64,000 nucleotides of DNA from an uncultured cyanobacterium (GCA_963740315.1 CAVUDP010000004.1:288001-352000); one strand, 5' to 3'; counted from the stretch's first letter, positions 21,374 to 32,035 are shown. A program made the numbers and translations. Notes: generated by a model not told the origin, from the letters alone.

Positions 21374-24300
21374 CTAAGAATCATCCCCACCTTCTCCCCG
21401 CTGTGCGCGTAAATATTCCAGGTTTTCCCGAAAAGTCACCGTATTGGGATGATTTTCTCCCAAAATCCGCTCCGCAATCTCAACAGCTTGGATAAAAAGG
21501 GGTTCAGCTTCTTCGTACTTTCTTTGGGATTTGTAGAGATAAGCTAAATTGTTCAAACTAATTGCAGTGTCGGGATGATTTACTTCGAGAAGTTGTTTTC
21601 TTAATTGCAAAGCTTGGATATAAAGGGGTTCAGCTTGTTCGTACTTTCCTTGGGAATCGTAGAGTGCAGCTAAATTGTTCAAACTTTGTGCAGTGTCGGG
21701 ATGATTTACTCCGAGTAGCTGTTTTCTTAACTCCAAAGCTTGGATATAAAGGGGTTCAGCTTGTTCGTACTTTCTTTGGGATTTGTAGAGATAAGCTAAA
21801 TTGTTCAAACTAATTGCAGTGTGGGGATGATTTACTCCGAGTAGCTGTTTTCTTAACTCCAAAGCTTGAATATAAAGAGGTTCAGCTTCTTCGTACTTTC
21901 TTTGGGATTTGTAGAGATAAGCTAAATTGTTCAAACTCATTGCAGTGTCGGGATGATTTACTCCGAGTAGCTGTTTTCTTAACTCCAAAGCTTGGATATA
22001 AAGCGGTTCAGCTTCTTCGTACTTTCCGATGGAAGCGGTAAAGTTCAGCTAAATTGTTCAAACTGAGTGCAGTGTCGGGATGATTTACTCCGAGTAGCTG
22101 TTTATATAATTCCAAAGCTTGGATTAAAAGGGGTTCAGCTTCTTCGTACTTTCCGATGGAAAAGTAGAGTAAAGCTAAATTGTTCAAACTCATTGCAGTG
22201 TCGGGATGATTAACTCCGAGTAGCTGTTTTGTTAACTCCAATGCTTGGATATAAAGGGGTTCAGCGGCTTCGTACTTTCCTTGAGAGCGGTAAAGTTCAG
22301 CTAAATTGTTCAAACTGGTTGCTGTGTCGGGATGATTAACTCCCTGTAGCTGTTTTGTTAACTCCAAAGCTTGGATATAAAGGGGTTCAGCTTCTTCGTA
22401 CTTTCCTTGGGAGCGGTAAAGTTCAGCTAAATTGTTCAAACTGATTGCAGTGTGGGGATGATTTACTCCGAGTAGCTGTTTATATAATTCCAAAGCTTGG
22501 ATATAAAGGGGTTCAGTTTCTTCGTACTTTCCGATGGATTTGTAGAGTAGAGCTAAATTGTTCAAACTGGTTGCTGTGTCGGGATGATTAACTCCCTGTA
22601 GCTGTTTTGTTAACTCCAAAGCTTGGATATAAAGGGGTTCAGCTTCTTCGTACTTTCCGATGGAAGAGTAGAGATTAGCTAAATTGTTCAAACTCATTGC
22701 TGTGTCGGGATGATTAACTCCCTGTAACTGTTTATATAATTCCAAAGCTTGGATATAAAGGGGTTCAGCTTCTTCGTACTTTCCTTGGGAATGGTAGAGT
22801 CCACCTAAATTGTTCAAACTGGTTGCTGTGGAGGGATGATTTACTCCGAGTAGCTGTTTTTTTAACTCCAAAGCTTGGATATAAAGGGGTTCAGCGGCTT
22901 CGTACTTTCCTTGGGAGCGGTAAAGTTCAGCTAAATTGTTCAAACTGATTGCAGTGTCGGGATGATTAACTCCCTGTAACTGTTTATATAATTCCAAAGC
23001 TTGGATATAAAGGGGTTCAGCTTCTTCGTACTTTCCGATGGAAGAGTAGAGATTAGCTAAATTGTTCAAACTGGTTGCAGTGAAGGGATGATTTTCTCCC
23101 AAACGCGATCGCACTGTTGATAGACATTGCTCATACCAAGGTTCTGCTAATGTATACAAACCTTGTCCTTCATAAAATCTAGCTAAACCAGCAAAAGCCC
23201 AAGGTAAATTTTCATCGCTAACTGCATCAAGGTGATTTTCTGCGACTTCTGTTAAATGGGGAATCGCGTTTTTGACAGACTTGATAAACTCCAGGGTTGT
23301 TGTTTGGGGAATTGTTTGAGCAATTTCAATAAAAGTGTTGATAAATGCTTGTTTTAACTCCTTTATTTGTGGAGATGCTTTTAATTTATCTTGTAAAAAT
23401 TCGCGAATTAAAAGATGAATTTGATAGTAAGATACATCTTCATATTCTAAAGACTGCACCAAATGACGTTGGTAAACTTCATCAATAGCTACCTCAACAT
23501 CAGATTCATCCCAATTAAGGGATTTACTCATCGACTCTACCCACTCCCACTCAAAAATATCTGCTGCAAATAGACTTAATAACGTCGCAACTTGCTGTGT
23601 TGTAGGATTGAGTTCTTTCCAACTTAATTCAAATGCGTCTAAAACTCCTAATTGGGCTGTACGTAACCCTTTTTGCTGGGGATTCATCGCTTCTTGATGC
23701 AGTCGTTGTTGTTGCAACTGCTGCAACATTTTCTGTAAAGTAAAATGGGGAGGTTTTTTCTTGATATACCTTCCGACTAACTCTATCCCTAAAGGTAAAT
23801 ATCCCAACCATTCACATAGTTCGTTAGCTGTTTCTAATTCTTTATTTACTCTGCTTTCACTAATTAACTTTTTGAATAATTCTAAAGCTTCCTCTGGTAA
23901 CAACACATCAAGGGATATTTCCTCAACATTAGTGTCGATATCTCGCAACCTGGTTGTGATCAAAACCCGGAAGCGCTGAAAAGATGGTAGTAACTCAGAA
24001 ATATCTTCTAAATTCGTCACATCATCTAATATTATCAACACAAAACCTTCTGGTGGTTGCCAATGTTGCCAACACCAAGCTACTTGTTGTTCCAGAGTCA
24101 GCGCATTTTCTTGGATATCTTTTTGGGGAACTTGCAAACCCATTTGTTGGACAAATTGAATAATTTCCGCAGCTAAATTTGTACCTCTAACATTTAACCA
24201 ACAAATCCCACCGGGATAATCATTTTCGTGTTTTCGTGCGTACTGTACCGCTAACTCAGTTTTACCGACACCACCCATTCCAGATACAGAAGAAATGGCG

Positions 24301-24533
24301 ACTTTATTGTTTGTTTCAGAAAATTTATTGTGAACTTTGGCAAGTTCATCTTGTCTTCCTACAAAGTTATCGCTGCCAATTTTCGGTATATATTTAATGG
24401 GTTTAAAAGGTTCTTTTGGAGTTGGATTATAAATAGTTTGGCGGTTATCGTTATAATCTCCCTGAATATTTTCGTTATAATTACCACTGTTTAAATTGAT
24501 ATTGCGATTTTGATTTTCTTCGTTATTATTCAT
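21374..24533 (-). CDS. NLR-like NB-ARC + TPR protein (NLR1), with one +1 frameshift at about 22033 (real or assembly artefact)
   Basis: Start MNNNEENQNRNINLNSGNYNENIQGDY; FVGR, P-loop GMGGVGKTE, Walker B LIILDDV, LITTR, GYLPLGI; 13 42-aa TPR repeats spanning ORFs 22008-24533 and 21374-21988. Confidence 0.88.
21430..23100 (-). repeat. 126-bp TPR-coding tandem repeats, 13 units with high internal identity
   Basis: 13 occurrences of SLNNL in the translation, at 126-bp spacing. Confidence 0.92.
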
Positions 24534-24614
24534 TGTTTTTTTATGGGTGAAACTAGATAATTTAAAATTACAATTGGAATTTTTCTGATTTCGTACATTA
24601 AGCAAGATACCGAT

Positions 24615-24729
24615 TGTCATTGCGAGCGAAGCGTTAGCGCAGCGTGTCCGGAACGGACATAGCAATCCCAATATCTCTCATTATCAACGAGTTACTGGGA
24701 TTGCGTCGTCGTTCCTCCTCGCAATGACG
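24615..24729 (+). repeat. GTCATTGCGA palindromic element with a small nested hairpin insertion in the left arm
   Basis: TGTCATTGCGAGCGAA[GCGTTAGCGCAGCGTGTCCGGAACGGACAT]AGCAATCCC...GGGATTGCGTCGTCGTTCCTCCTCGCAATGACG. Confidence 0.85.
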
Positions 24730-24749
24730 TACATGGATTTTCTGACAAT

Positions 24750-25721
24750 TTAATTATTCTTGTTCCAATCTTCCAAAGCACCAATTACAAAACTAGCTGC
24801 GGGATGGCTGAGAAGTTGTTCAAAAGCTTTAACACCACCAACTTTTAATGCACTAATTACCTGCGCTTTTAATTCTGGTTTATTTTCAATTGTTTTAATA
24901 GTTTCATCTGCTACTTGCACTTTGCCAGAATAAGTACTTGTATCGTAAGATTTATCTAATTGTTTAAGTAATTCTTGAATTTCTACTGCTGCTTCGGCAA
25001 GATTTTGTTTTTGCGGTGCATTATAGTAATTACCTTGAATATAATCACCTTCAATACGTTCGTTATAGTTACCGCTACCAATATTAATATTGCGTTCACC
25101 AGTCATTTTATTTTCCTCATTCGATTTACTATATATTGCATCTGCGTCAAGTAAACTTTGAGAAGTATCTTTAATTTTAATTTGTGGAGTTTGCGATTCG
25201 GGAATATTTTCTAAATCAAGGGCATTTTTCCCAAATTCAAAACTATCTTGATAATTTCTATCATTGGTTAAAGCATCATAAAAACCAGTCGCAAATTCAA
25301 TTGCTGCTCTATCCCCGATCGCCTTATTCATTCCAATTACACAATTAATATGTTGGTGAATCGCTTCTGATTGTACTTCGCTATAACAAGCATTCATCAC
25401 CACACATTCAATCTCTTTTGCAAACAACTTAAATAAACCCGCCAAAGACTCACTGCTTACAAATTGCTTTTGTCCGGATTTATTCTCCAGCAACAAACCA
25501 TCATCCCCGGCACCATGCCCGCAAAAGTGAACAATATTCGGCTTGTGGTATAATATCGCCGATCGCAAATCATCAACTCGTACAGCCCATCCGCTAATAA
25601 TTTCAATCTCTTCTCGATTTCTAGCTTGTCTGTGTGCTGCTTGGATTTCCCGCACCTCTACATCCAAGCGCAGTTTAGAAGTATCGGTGGGATTGGCTGC
25701 TAAAATCAAGATTTTTTTCAT
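24750..25721 (-). CDS. CHAT (caspase/HetF-like) protease with N/G-rich motif and C-terminal helical domain
   Basis: KKILILAANP, LRLDxEVREI, catalytic His in IVHFCGHG and Cys in VMNACYS, VIGM, FATGFY; tail QKQNLAEAAVEIQELL...HPAASFVIGALEDW. Confidence 0.9.
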   Translation of the reverse strand: MKKILILAANPTDTSKLRLDVEVREIQAAHRQARNREEIEIISGWAVRVDDLRSAILYHKPNIVHFCGHGAGDDGLLLENKSGQKQFVSSESLAGLFKLFAKEIECVVMNACYSEVQSEAIHQHINCVIGMNKAIGDRAAIEFATGFYDALTNDRNYQDSFEFGKNALDLENIPESQTPQIKIKDTSQSLLDADAIYSKSNEENKMTGERNINIGSGNYNERIEGDYIQGNYYNAPQKQNLAEAAVEIQELLKQLDKSYDTSTYSGKVQVADETIKTIENKPELKAQVISALKVGGVKAFEQLLSHPAASFVIGALEDWNKNN

Positions 25722-25951
25722 TACGCTGTTGATTTATGAAGCTAGCTTTATGAAGATACAGTTAATAATTGTATTATTTCGGAAAATAAAAATTTATAAA
25801 TTCACTAAAGCGAGAAAAGGATTAGGGGTAAGGAATTATCCTTTATCCCCTCTCCTGCACAACACTTTCGAGGTTTTATGTTTACTCTATTATTTATGGG
25901 TGCAAGTTAATTCAACTTATGCAGTTTTGAGCTAAGTAGATCGACATAAAT

Positions 25952-25977
25952 AAAAAGACTCCGCAATTGCGAAGTCT
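25952..25977 (-). terminator. Probable intrinsic terminator downstream of purF
   Basis: AGACTCCGCAATTGCGAAGTCT stem-loop followed by a T-run on the minus strand. Confidence 0.55.
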
Positions 25978-26028
25978 CTACATTAATGATTCATGATCTT
26001 CCAAATAACCCAATTTAATCCAAAATTA

Positions 26029-27531
26029 TTAAACTATTGCTTCTTCTAAGATTAATTTAGATCGTTTGAGTCTTTCGGGTACTGGCACGGGATAATCTCC
26101 TGTGAAACAAGCCGAACAAAAACTATTGGTATCTTGTTTGGTTTCTTCTAACATTCCTTTCCAGCTTAGATATGCCAGACTGTCTACTTCTAAGTGTTTG
26201 GCTATTTCTTTTACTGATTTGGTTGCAGCAATTAATTGATCTTGGCTATCGGTATCGATTCCGTAAAAGCAGGGATGGGTAACTGGGGGGGAAGAAATTC
26301 GCATATGTACTTCAGTTGCACCGGCTTCGTACAAGGATTTTACTAATTTACGACTAGTGGTACCTCGCACGATTGAGTCATCAATAATGATTACTCTTTT
26401 TCCGGCTAATACATCTTTGAGGGGATTTAGTTTCATTCTTATACCCGATTCGCGCATTGCTTGGGTAGGCTGAATGAAGGTTCGTCCGACGTAGCGATTT
26501 TTGATTAATCCTTCTACGTAGGGTATACCGGAAACTTCCGAAAAACCAATTGCAGCCGGGATTCCAGAGTCTGGAACGCCGAAAACAATATCAGCATCTA
26601 CAAGAGATTCTTGTGCTAATCGTCGCCCTAATCTCATCCGGTAGCTATACAAACTTTCTTCGTTCATGATGCTATCGGGACGAGCGAAGTAAAACATTTC
26701 AAAGATACAGAGCTTCCTTTCTTGTTTCTGACTCCATTGAAAGGACTCTAAACCCGATTCGGTAATCCAAACTAACTCGCCGGGTTCTACATCTCGCAAG
26801 TATTTCGCGCCGATAATATCTAAACCGCAGGTTTCTGAAGCTAAAACGTAACGTGTTGGACTACCCTCTAAAGTTCCAATTACCAGAGGACGAATGCCGT
26901 TCGGATCGCGCACGCCCATTATCCCTTCAGTGGAACCGATTACTAAACTAAAGGCTCCCCGGCAACGATGAAAAGCCCGAATCGCAGCTGACAACAACTG
27001 GGAACCGTCGTTTAATTCTTCGGCGATCGCCAAGGCAATCATTTCTGAGTCGGTTGTGGTAGTTAGGTTACAGCTTTTTTCAAGCAGTTCGTCGCGCAAC
27101 TGCTTAGTATTGACTAAATTACCATTGTGTGCTAGTGCTATTTCTCCGAGTCGGGTTTGGACAATAGCTGGTTGGGCATTAGCTAAATGACTGGAACCTG
27201 TGGTGGAATAACGGGTGTGTCCAACAGCGATAGTACCTGGTAAGTCATCAAGGATAGGTTCGTTAAAGACTTGAGATACTAAACCCATGTCTTTATGCAG
27301 GTGTACCTGTTGTCCTTCAAAAGTTGCAATCCCAGCGGATTCTTGACCTCTATGTTGCAGTGCGTATAGTCCAAAATAAGTTAATCTGGCAACGTCTTCT
27401 TTGGGTGCGTAAACGCCAAAAACGCCGCAAGCTTCTTCTTGCTTATCAGAACGTTCATTTTGATTAGTTGGATTGGGATTAATTTGGGGATATTTATCCG
27501 AAGTGACGGCTTTGGAATTTGCGGGAATCAT
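26029..27531 (-). CDS. purF: Amidophosphoribosyltransferase
   Basis: Propeptide-EEACGVFG, LQHRGQESAG, GHTRYST, HNGNL, DDSIVRGTT, CSACF. Confidence 0.97.
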   Translation of the reverse strand: MIPANSKAVTSDKYPQINPNPTNQNERSDKQEEACGVFGVYAPKEDVARLTYFGLYALQHRGQESAGIATFEGQQVHLHKDMGLVSQVFNEPILDDLPGTIAVGHTRYSTTGSSHLANAQPAIVQTRLGEIALAHNGNLVNTKQLRDELLEKSCNLTTTTDSEMIALAIAEELNDGSQLLSAAIRAFHRCRGAFSLVIGSTEGIMGVRDPNGIRPLVIGTLEGSPTRYVLASETCGLDIIGAKYLRDVEPGELVWITESGLESFQWSQKQERKLCIFEMFYFARPDSIMNEESLYSYRMRLGRRLAQESLVDADIVFGVPDSGIPAAIGFSEVSGIPYVEGLIKNRYVGRTFIQPTQAMRESGIRMKLNPLKDVLAGKRVIIIDDSIVRGTTSRKLVKSLYEAGATEVHMRISSPPVTHPCFYGIDTDSQDQLIAATKSVKEIAKHLEVDSLAYLSWKGMLEETKQDTNSFCSACFTGDYPVPVPERLKRSKLILEEAIV

Positions 27532-27670
27532 TCTAGCTATGCTCCTGATGATGATGTCAAGCCACTGGGATTGTGAAACTGGATAGTTAGATAAAACTTA
27601 ATTAATTCTTAACCATCTATTTACCACATTACAGTATTTATGCTCAGCGATACTAATAGTAAGTTGCCAG

Positions 27671-30220
27671 TTATTTAATTGTCAGTTGAGTGTTTAACTG
27701 TTGGGGAACGGCTAAACGCCTAGTAATTGCTTGGTGATAGCGAGTGCTTACATTTTCTATCGTAACGTTTATTAAAGTTTTATTATCAGTGGTTAAGACC
27801 CCCATATCGCTTTGGAAATTTCCGACCTTGCCAATTTTTTGCCAGCGATCGTTTAATTGTTCTTGTAAGTAGGATTCCCAAATTTCTTGTTGTACTAACG
27901 CAACTGAAACAATAATTCTTGCTCCCCCTTCACCAAAAAGTATTTCATCCCATCTTTGAGAATTGTTTGCTGGGATGTCTAATTTCACTTCGCAACCAAG
28001 GCTACTGTTAATACAGCATTCGGCGAGGGCAACAGTAATTCCACCTTCAGCGCAATCATGGGCAGATCGCACCCATCCTTGGCGAATACCCTCGCGGCAA
28101 GCTTGTTGTACGCGACGTTCCAAGTCAAAATCAACTGAAGGTGGTCTTCCGGCAACAGTATTATGGATGGTAGCTAAATACTCCGAGCCACCCAGTTCGA
28201 TTTTGGATTTTAGATTTTGGATTTTGGATTGGGAATTTGGGATTTCGGATTGAATTGGTAAACCGAGAAGATAGATAATATCTCCTTGCGATCGCCAAGC
28301 TTGAGAGCAAATCTTGGTTAAATCGGGAATTAATCCCACCATTCCGACAACGGGAGTCGGATAAATTGGTTTTGGATTGCCTTGAGAATCAAAAGTTTCG
28401 TTGTAAAGAGAGACATTTCCGCCAGTTACCGGAGTCGATAATTCTTGACAACCTTCCGCTAATCCCCGACAAGCTTCTGATAACTGCCAATAGCCGATCG
28501 CTTTTTCCGGGCTACCAAAATTAAGGTTATCCGTAACCGCTAAAGGTTCCGCACCCACACAGCTAAGATTGCGTGCAGCTTCCGCCACCACAGCTTTTGC
28601 ACCTTCGTAAGGATCGAGATAAACGTAGCGAGAATTGCAGTCAACAGTTGCAGCAACACCTTTTTGGGGATTGGGCATGGGGGATTGGGCATTGGGGATT
28701 GGGGATGGGGCATTAGAAAGTTTCTCCTTGTCCCCTTGTCCCCTTGTCCCCTTGTCCCCCCATCTCCCCATCTCCCCATCTCCTTGTCCCCCCATCCCCT
28801 TGTCTCCCCATCTCCCCATCTCCCCAACAGGGCGCAACCGAACGATCGCCGCATCTGCACCACCGGGTAACATGACGGTATTGTTCTGCACTTGATGGTC
28901 GTATTGACGATAAACCCAACTTTTTGAAGCGATGGTAGGAGTGTCGAGTAAAGTTAACAGAATATCGTTCCAGGTTTGCTGTTTTCCTTGAATTTCAATA
29001 CCTTCATAAGTGCAAGCTGGTAAATTATCGGCTGTCCATTCCCAAGCTTTGCGAGCATATTCTGGAGGTTCAGCTAATAATTCTCGGTTATAAATTGGGG
29101 TATTTTCTGCTAAAGCTGTGGCGGGTATTTCGGCTGCAATTTCCCCTTGATAAAGAATCCGCACGATTGGTTCTTCTATAACTTTTCCTGCGACTACTGC
29201 ATTCAGTCCCCAACGTACAAAAATATCAATTAATTCTTGCTCTCTACCTTTATGTGCAACAAACAGCATTCTCTCTTGAGATTCGCTGAGCAAATATTCG
29301 TAGGGAATCATTCCGGTTTCGCGGTTGGGAATCTTATCTAAATCGAATTCCACACCGACACCACCTTTTGCAGCCATTTCGGAAGTGGAACAGGTAATAC
29401 CGGCAGCGCCCATATCTTGCGCTGCTACTACCGCACCTGTTTTAAAGGCTTCCAAACAAGCTTCAATTAAGGATTTTTCTAAAAAAGGATCGCCAACCTG
29501 CACTGCTGGACGATTATCAATTGATTCGTCGGTTAATTCTGCACTGGCAAAACTAGCGCCTCCCATACCGTCGCGCCCGGTAGTAGAACCGACATACAGC
29601 ACCGGATTGCCGATACCTGATGCCCCAGATTTAACAATTTCCGGCGTTTCCATCAAACCCAACGCCATCACGTTTACCAAAGGATTGCCAGAGTAAGCGG
29701 GGTCAAAATAGACTTCACCACCAACTGTAGGAACGCCCACACAATTACCATAATGAGCGATTCCCGCTACCACACCACTAAATAATCTTTGGGTTTTGGC
29801 ATCTTCTAAATTACCGAAACGCAATGAGTTCAATACTGCAATGGGACGCGCACCCATTGTAAAAATATCTCTGAGAATACCACCTACTCCCGTTGCAGCA
29901 CCTTGAAAAGGTTCCACTGCTGAGGGATGATTGTGAGATTCGATTTTAAAAGCGAGTTGTAAACCATCACCCAAGTCTACAACCCCAGCATTTTCACCAG
30001 GGCCAACTAAAATTCGTTCTCCGGTTGTAGGAAACTGTTTTAATAAAGGTCGAGAATTTTTATAACAGCAATGTTCGGACCACATTACCCCAAACATTCC
30101 TAATTCGGCTTTATTAGGATGACGACCTAATCTTTTGACGATTTCTTGGTATTCTTCGGGTTTTATGCCTTCTTTGGCTATTTCTTCGGGAGAAAACGGA
30201 GGTTGAGATGTAGCGGTCAT
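27671..30220 (-). CDS. purL: Phosphoribosylformylglycinamidine synthase subunit PurL, carrying in-frame STRR insertions
   Basis: [44 protein letters not shown]. Confidence 0.97.
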   Translation of the reverse strand: MTATSQPPFSPEEIAKEGIKPEEYQEIVKRLGRHPNKAELGMFGVMWSEHCCYKNSRPLLKQFPTTGERILVGPGENAGVVDLGDGLQLAFKIESHNHPSAVEPFQGAATGVGGILRDIFTMGARPIAVLNSLRFGNLEDAKTQRLFSGVVAGIAHYGNCVGVPTVGGEVYFDPAYSGNPLVNVMALGLMETPEIVKSGASGIGNPVLYVGSTTGRDGMGGASFASAELTDESIDNRPAVQVGDPFLEKSLIEACLEAFKTGAVVAAQDMGAAGITCSTSEMAAKGGVGVEFDLDKIPNRETGMIPYEYLLSESQERMLFVAHKGREQELIDIFVRWGLNAVVAGKVIEEPIVRILYQGEIAAEIPATALAENTPIYNRELLAEPPEYARKAWEWTADNLPACTYEGIEIQGKQQTWNDILLTLLDTPTIASKSWVYRQYDHQVQNNTVMLPGGADAAIVRLRPVGEMGRWGDKGMGGQGDGEMGRWGDKGTRGQGDKEKLSNAPSPIPNAQSPMPNPQKGVAATVDCNSRYVYLDPYEGAKAVVAEAARNLSCVGAEPLAVTDNLNFGSPEKAIGYWQLSEACRGLAEGCQELSTPVTGGNVSLYNETFDSQGNPKPIYPTPVVGMVGLIPDLTKICSQAWRSQGDIIYLLGLPIQSEIPNSQSKIQNLKSKIELGGSEYLATIHNTVAGRPPSVDFDLERRVQQACREGIRQGWVRSAHDCAEGGITVALAECCINSSLGCEVKLDIPANNSQRWDEILFGEGGARIIVSVALVQQEIWESYLQEQLNDRWQKIGKVGNFQSDMGVLTTDNKTLINVTIENVSTRYHQAITRRLAVPQQLNTQLTIK

Positions 30221-30485
30221 GGGATTAACTGCACGCCTGGACGAACTTTATATTCTAATCTTTATTAGTGTATTTATTACTATTTAAATTAATTAATTTT
30301 TAAGAATAAAATTATCAAGAGCTATAGCTTTGATATTTACAAAAATATATTTAATGTAGTATTAGTCACGATGAATAGACATTTTTATAGTAATATTTCT
30401 GATGGTTTAAAGTATCATCCGTACCGTTGTAAACCCGTCTCCGCCAATAGCATAAGTCCTCTTCCAGAGGATTGATTTAATAGAT

Positions 30486-30550
30486 GTAGGGTGTGTGACG
30501 CTTTGATAATTTTAGTACGGAATCTGTCAAGCTTATAGCGTCACGCACCA
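30486..30550 (+). repeat. GTAG-tagged hairpin element (GTAGGGTGTGT...ACGCACCA family)
   Basis: GTAGGGTGTGTGACGC...GCGTCACGCACCA; related copies at 35570, 35846, 40595, 51023 and 63431. Confidence 0.8.
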
Positions 30551-30664
30551 ACGATAAATTGTAAGTTCTATTTATCTCAACGATTAGTTTTTTTAGGAGT
30601 ATTGCTTAAGGTTAAAATTTATCTCCTGTGTTCCTTTGCCCTTCCTTCCGCGCCTTCTTTGCGT

Positions 30665-31858
30665 TTAGTTTTCAACTTGAGTAATTTTCTTAATCGCAGC
30701 CTTTGCATACAATCTAACCTTAGAATCATCATCAATAGCGAGTTTTTCAAGATGAGTCAGGGCGGCTGAATCTCCCAATTCTCCTAAAGATGTGGCTATT
30801 AACTGCTTTATTTGCGATTTATAGGTTATTCCTTCGCTGTTGAGATCGATTAGAATCTGAGTTGCATAAGACTTCAATTCTGTTGATTCTTGTCTACCTA
30901 ATACAGCAATAATTTCTTCAGCTAATGCAATATCAGTTGAGTAAAGACAAGATTTTAAATAATCTAAGGCTAGAAAAGTATTACTCCAATTCAAAGCACG
31001 CACTGCTTCTTGTTTGAGAAATAAAGGAGTATTTTTAAAATCCAAGATATCAAACAACGCTTTAATCGCTGCTTCGTCTTTCATACATCCCAATGCTAAT
31101 ACAGCTTGCTGACACACTTCTGAATCAAAGTCGTAAAGCAAAGGTTGTATACGATCGACTAAATCAAATTCTTCTTTAAGGTAAGCACGCATTTTTAAAG
31201 CAATTATGGCTTCTTTGCGAACTTTTGGGGATGTATCTTGCAAAGCTTTAATGAATACAGGAATTAAATCCTTGTGGTGAAAACTACCGAGGGCTTCAAT
31301 CGCTGTAAATCTAACTTCTGCTATAGAATCATCGACAACCGAAAGTAAAGGTTCGATCGCTTCCGAGCGGCGAATTTGAGCAAGAGATTTTGCTGCTAAT
31401 AACCGGGATTTTTCTTCTTTGAGTAGTTCAATCAAGGCTGTAATCGCAGGTTGACCAATTTTTGCGAGGGTTTGGGCACAGGCGATCGCTAATTCTTCTT
31501 CTTGTGTCTCTTCAAGCAACTTAACCAAGGATACGACTATAATCGGTTCGTTAAATTCTCCCAAGATGCGAAGTGCAAACCAACGCATCTCTAAATCTGC
31601 TGATTCCGAATCCAATATTTCGAGTAACGGAGCGATCGCTGGTTTACCTATTTTGGGAAAAATCTTCGCTATATCCCAGCGTGTTTGAAAATCTCCCGCT
31701 TTGATTACCTGGATCGCGATCGCAACAGCTTGCTCTAATTCCTTGTTTTCTAAATCTTGTGTAATATCTTTTTTTTCTAATAGCTGCTGTAACTGCTGGT
31801 TAACCACTATCCAATTAGCTTCCGCTACAGCGCTGGCGATCGTATCAATTTCTAACAT
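30665..31858 (-). CDS. nirB: HEAT-repeat (CpcE-like) protein, probable NirB nitrite reductase accessory factor
   Basis: Multiple PBS-lyase HEAT repeats (VRFTAIEALG, VRKEAIIAL); divergent from nirA as nirB is in other cyanobacteria. Confidence 0.6.
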   Translation of the reverse strand: MLEIDTIASAVAEANWIVVNQQLQQLLEKKDITQDLENKELEQAVAIAIQVIKAGDFQTRWDIAKIFPKIGKPAIAPLLEILDSESADLEMRWFALRILGEFNEPIIVVSLVKLLEETQEEELAIACAQTLAKIGQPAITALIELLKEEKSRLLAAKSLAQIRRSEAIEPLLSVVDDSIAEVRFTAIEALGSFHHKDLIPVFIKALQDTSPKVRKEAIIALKMRAYLKEEFDLVDRIQPLLYDFDSEVCQQAVLALGCMKDEAAIKALFDILDFKNTPLFLKQEAVRALNWSNTFLALDYLKSCLYSTDIALAEEIIAVLGRQESTELKSYATQILIDLNSEGITYKSQIKQLIATSLGELGDSAALTHLEKLAIDDDSKVRLYAKAAIKKITQVEN

Positions 31859-31995
31859 TCGCGTATTAAATAGAGGTTAATTTTTCTTTGTTTCTTCTTT
31901 ATCTAGCTTGTCACGAATTTAAGTATTTACCAGCAGCTGATTAATTATGGAATGCTGTTTTTCGATTATAAAGCAGAAATACCGCATAGATAATA

Positions 31996-32008
31996 TGCAT
32001 AAATTGCA
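31996..32008 (+). promoter_or_regulatory. NtcB (LysR) binding motif
   Basis: TGCA-TAAAT-TGCA (TGCA-N5-TGCA, within AT-N11-AT) upstream of nirA. Confidence 0.65.
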
Positions 32009-32035
32009 TGACTTTTGCAAAAAATATCCAAAAAA

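Noticed and set aside
20891..21495. ORFs 20891-21094 and 20989-21495
   Set aside because: They are translations of the non-coding repeat array, starting at TTG within the repeat.
21374..23100. Diversity-generating retroelement as the source of TPR variation
   Set aside because: No reverse transcriptase or non-coding template repeat is visible, and substitutions are not adenine-specific.
24534..24671. 46-aa N-terminal extension of the NB-ARC ORF
   Set aside because: It starts at a TTG inside the palindromic element; ATG 24533 places the shared motif at the N-terminus.
28540..28919. Several short overlapping ORFs inside purL; possible intein or intron
   Set aside because: They are alternative frames of STRR sequence; the insertion lacks intein termini and intron features.
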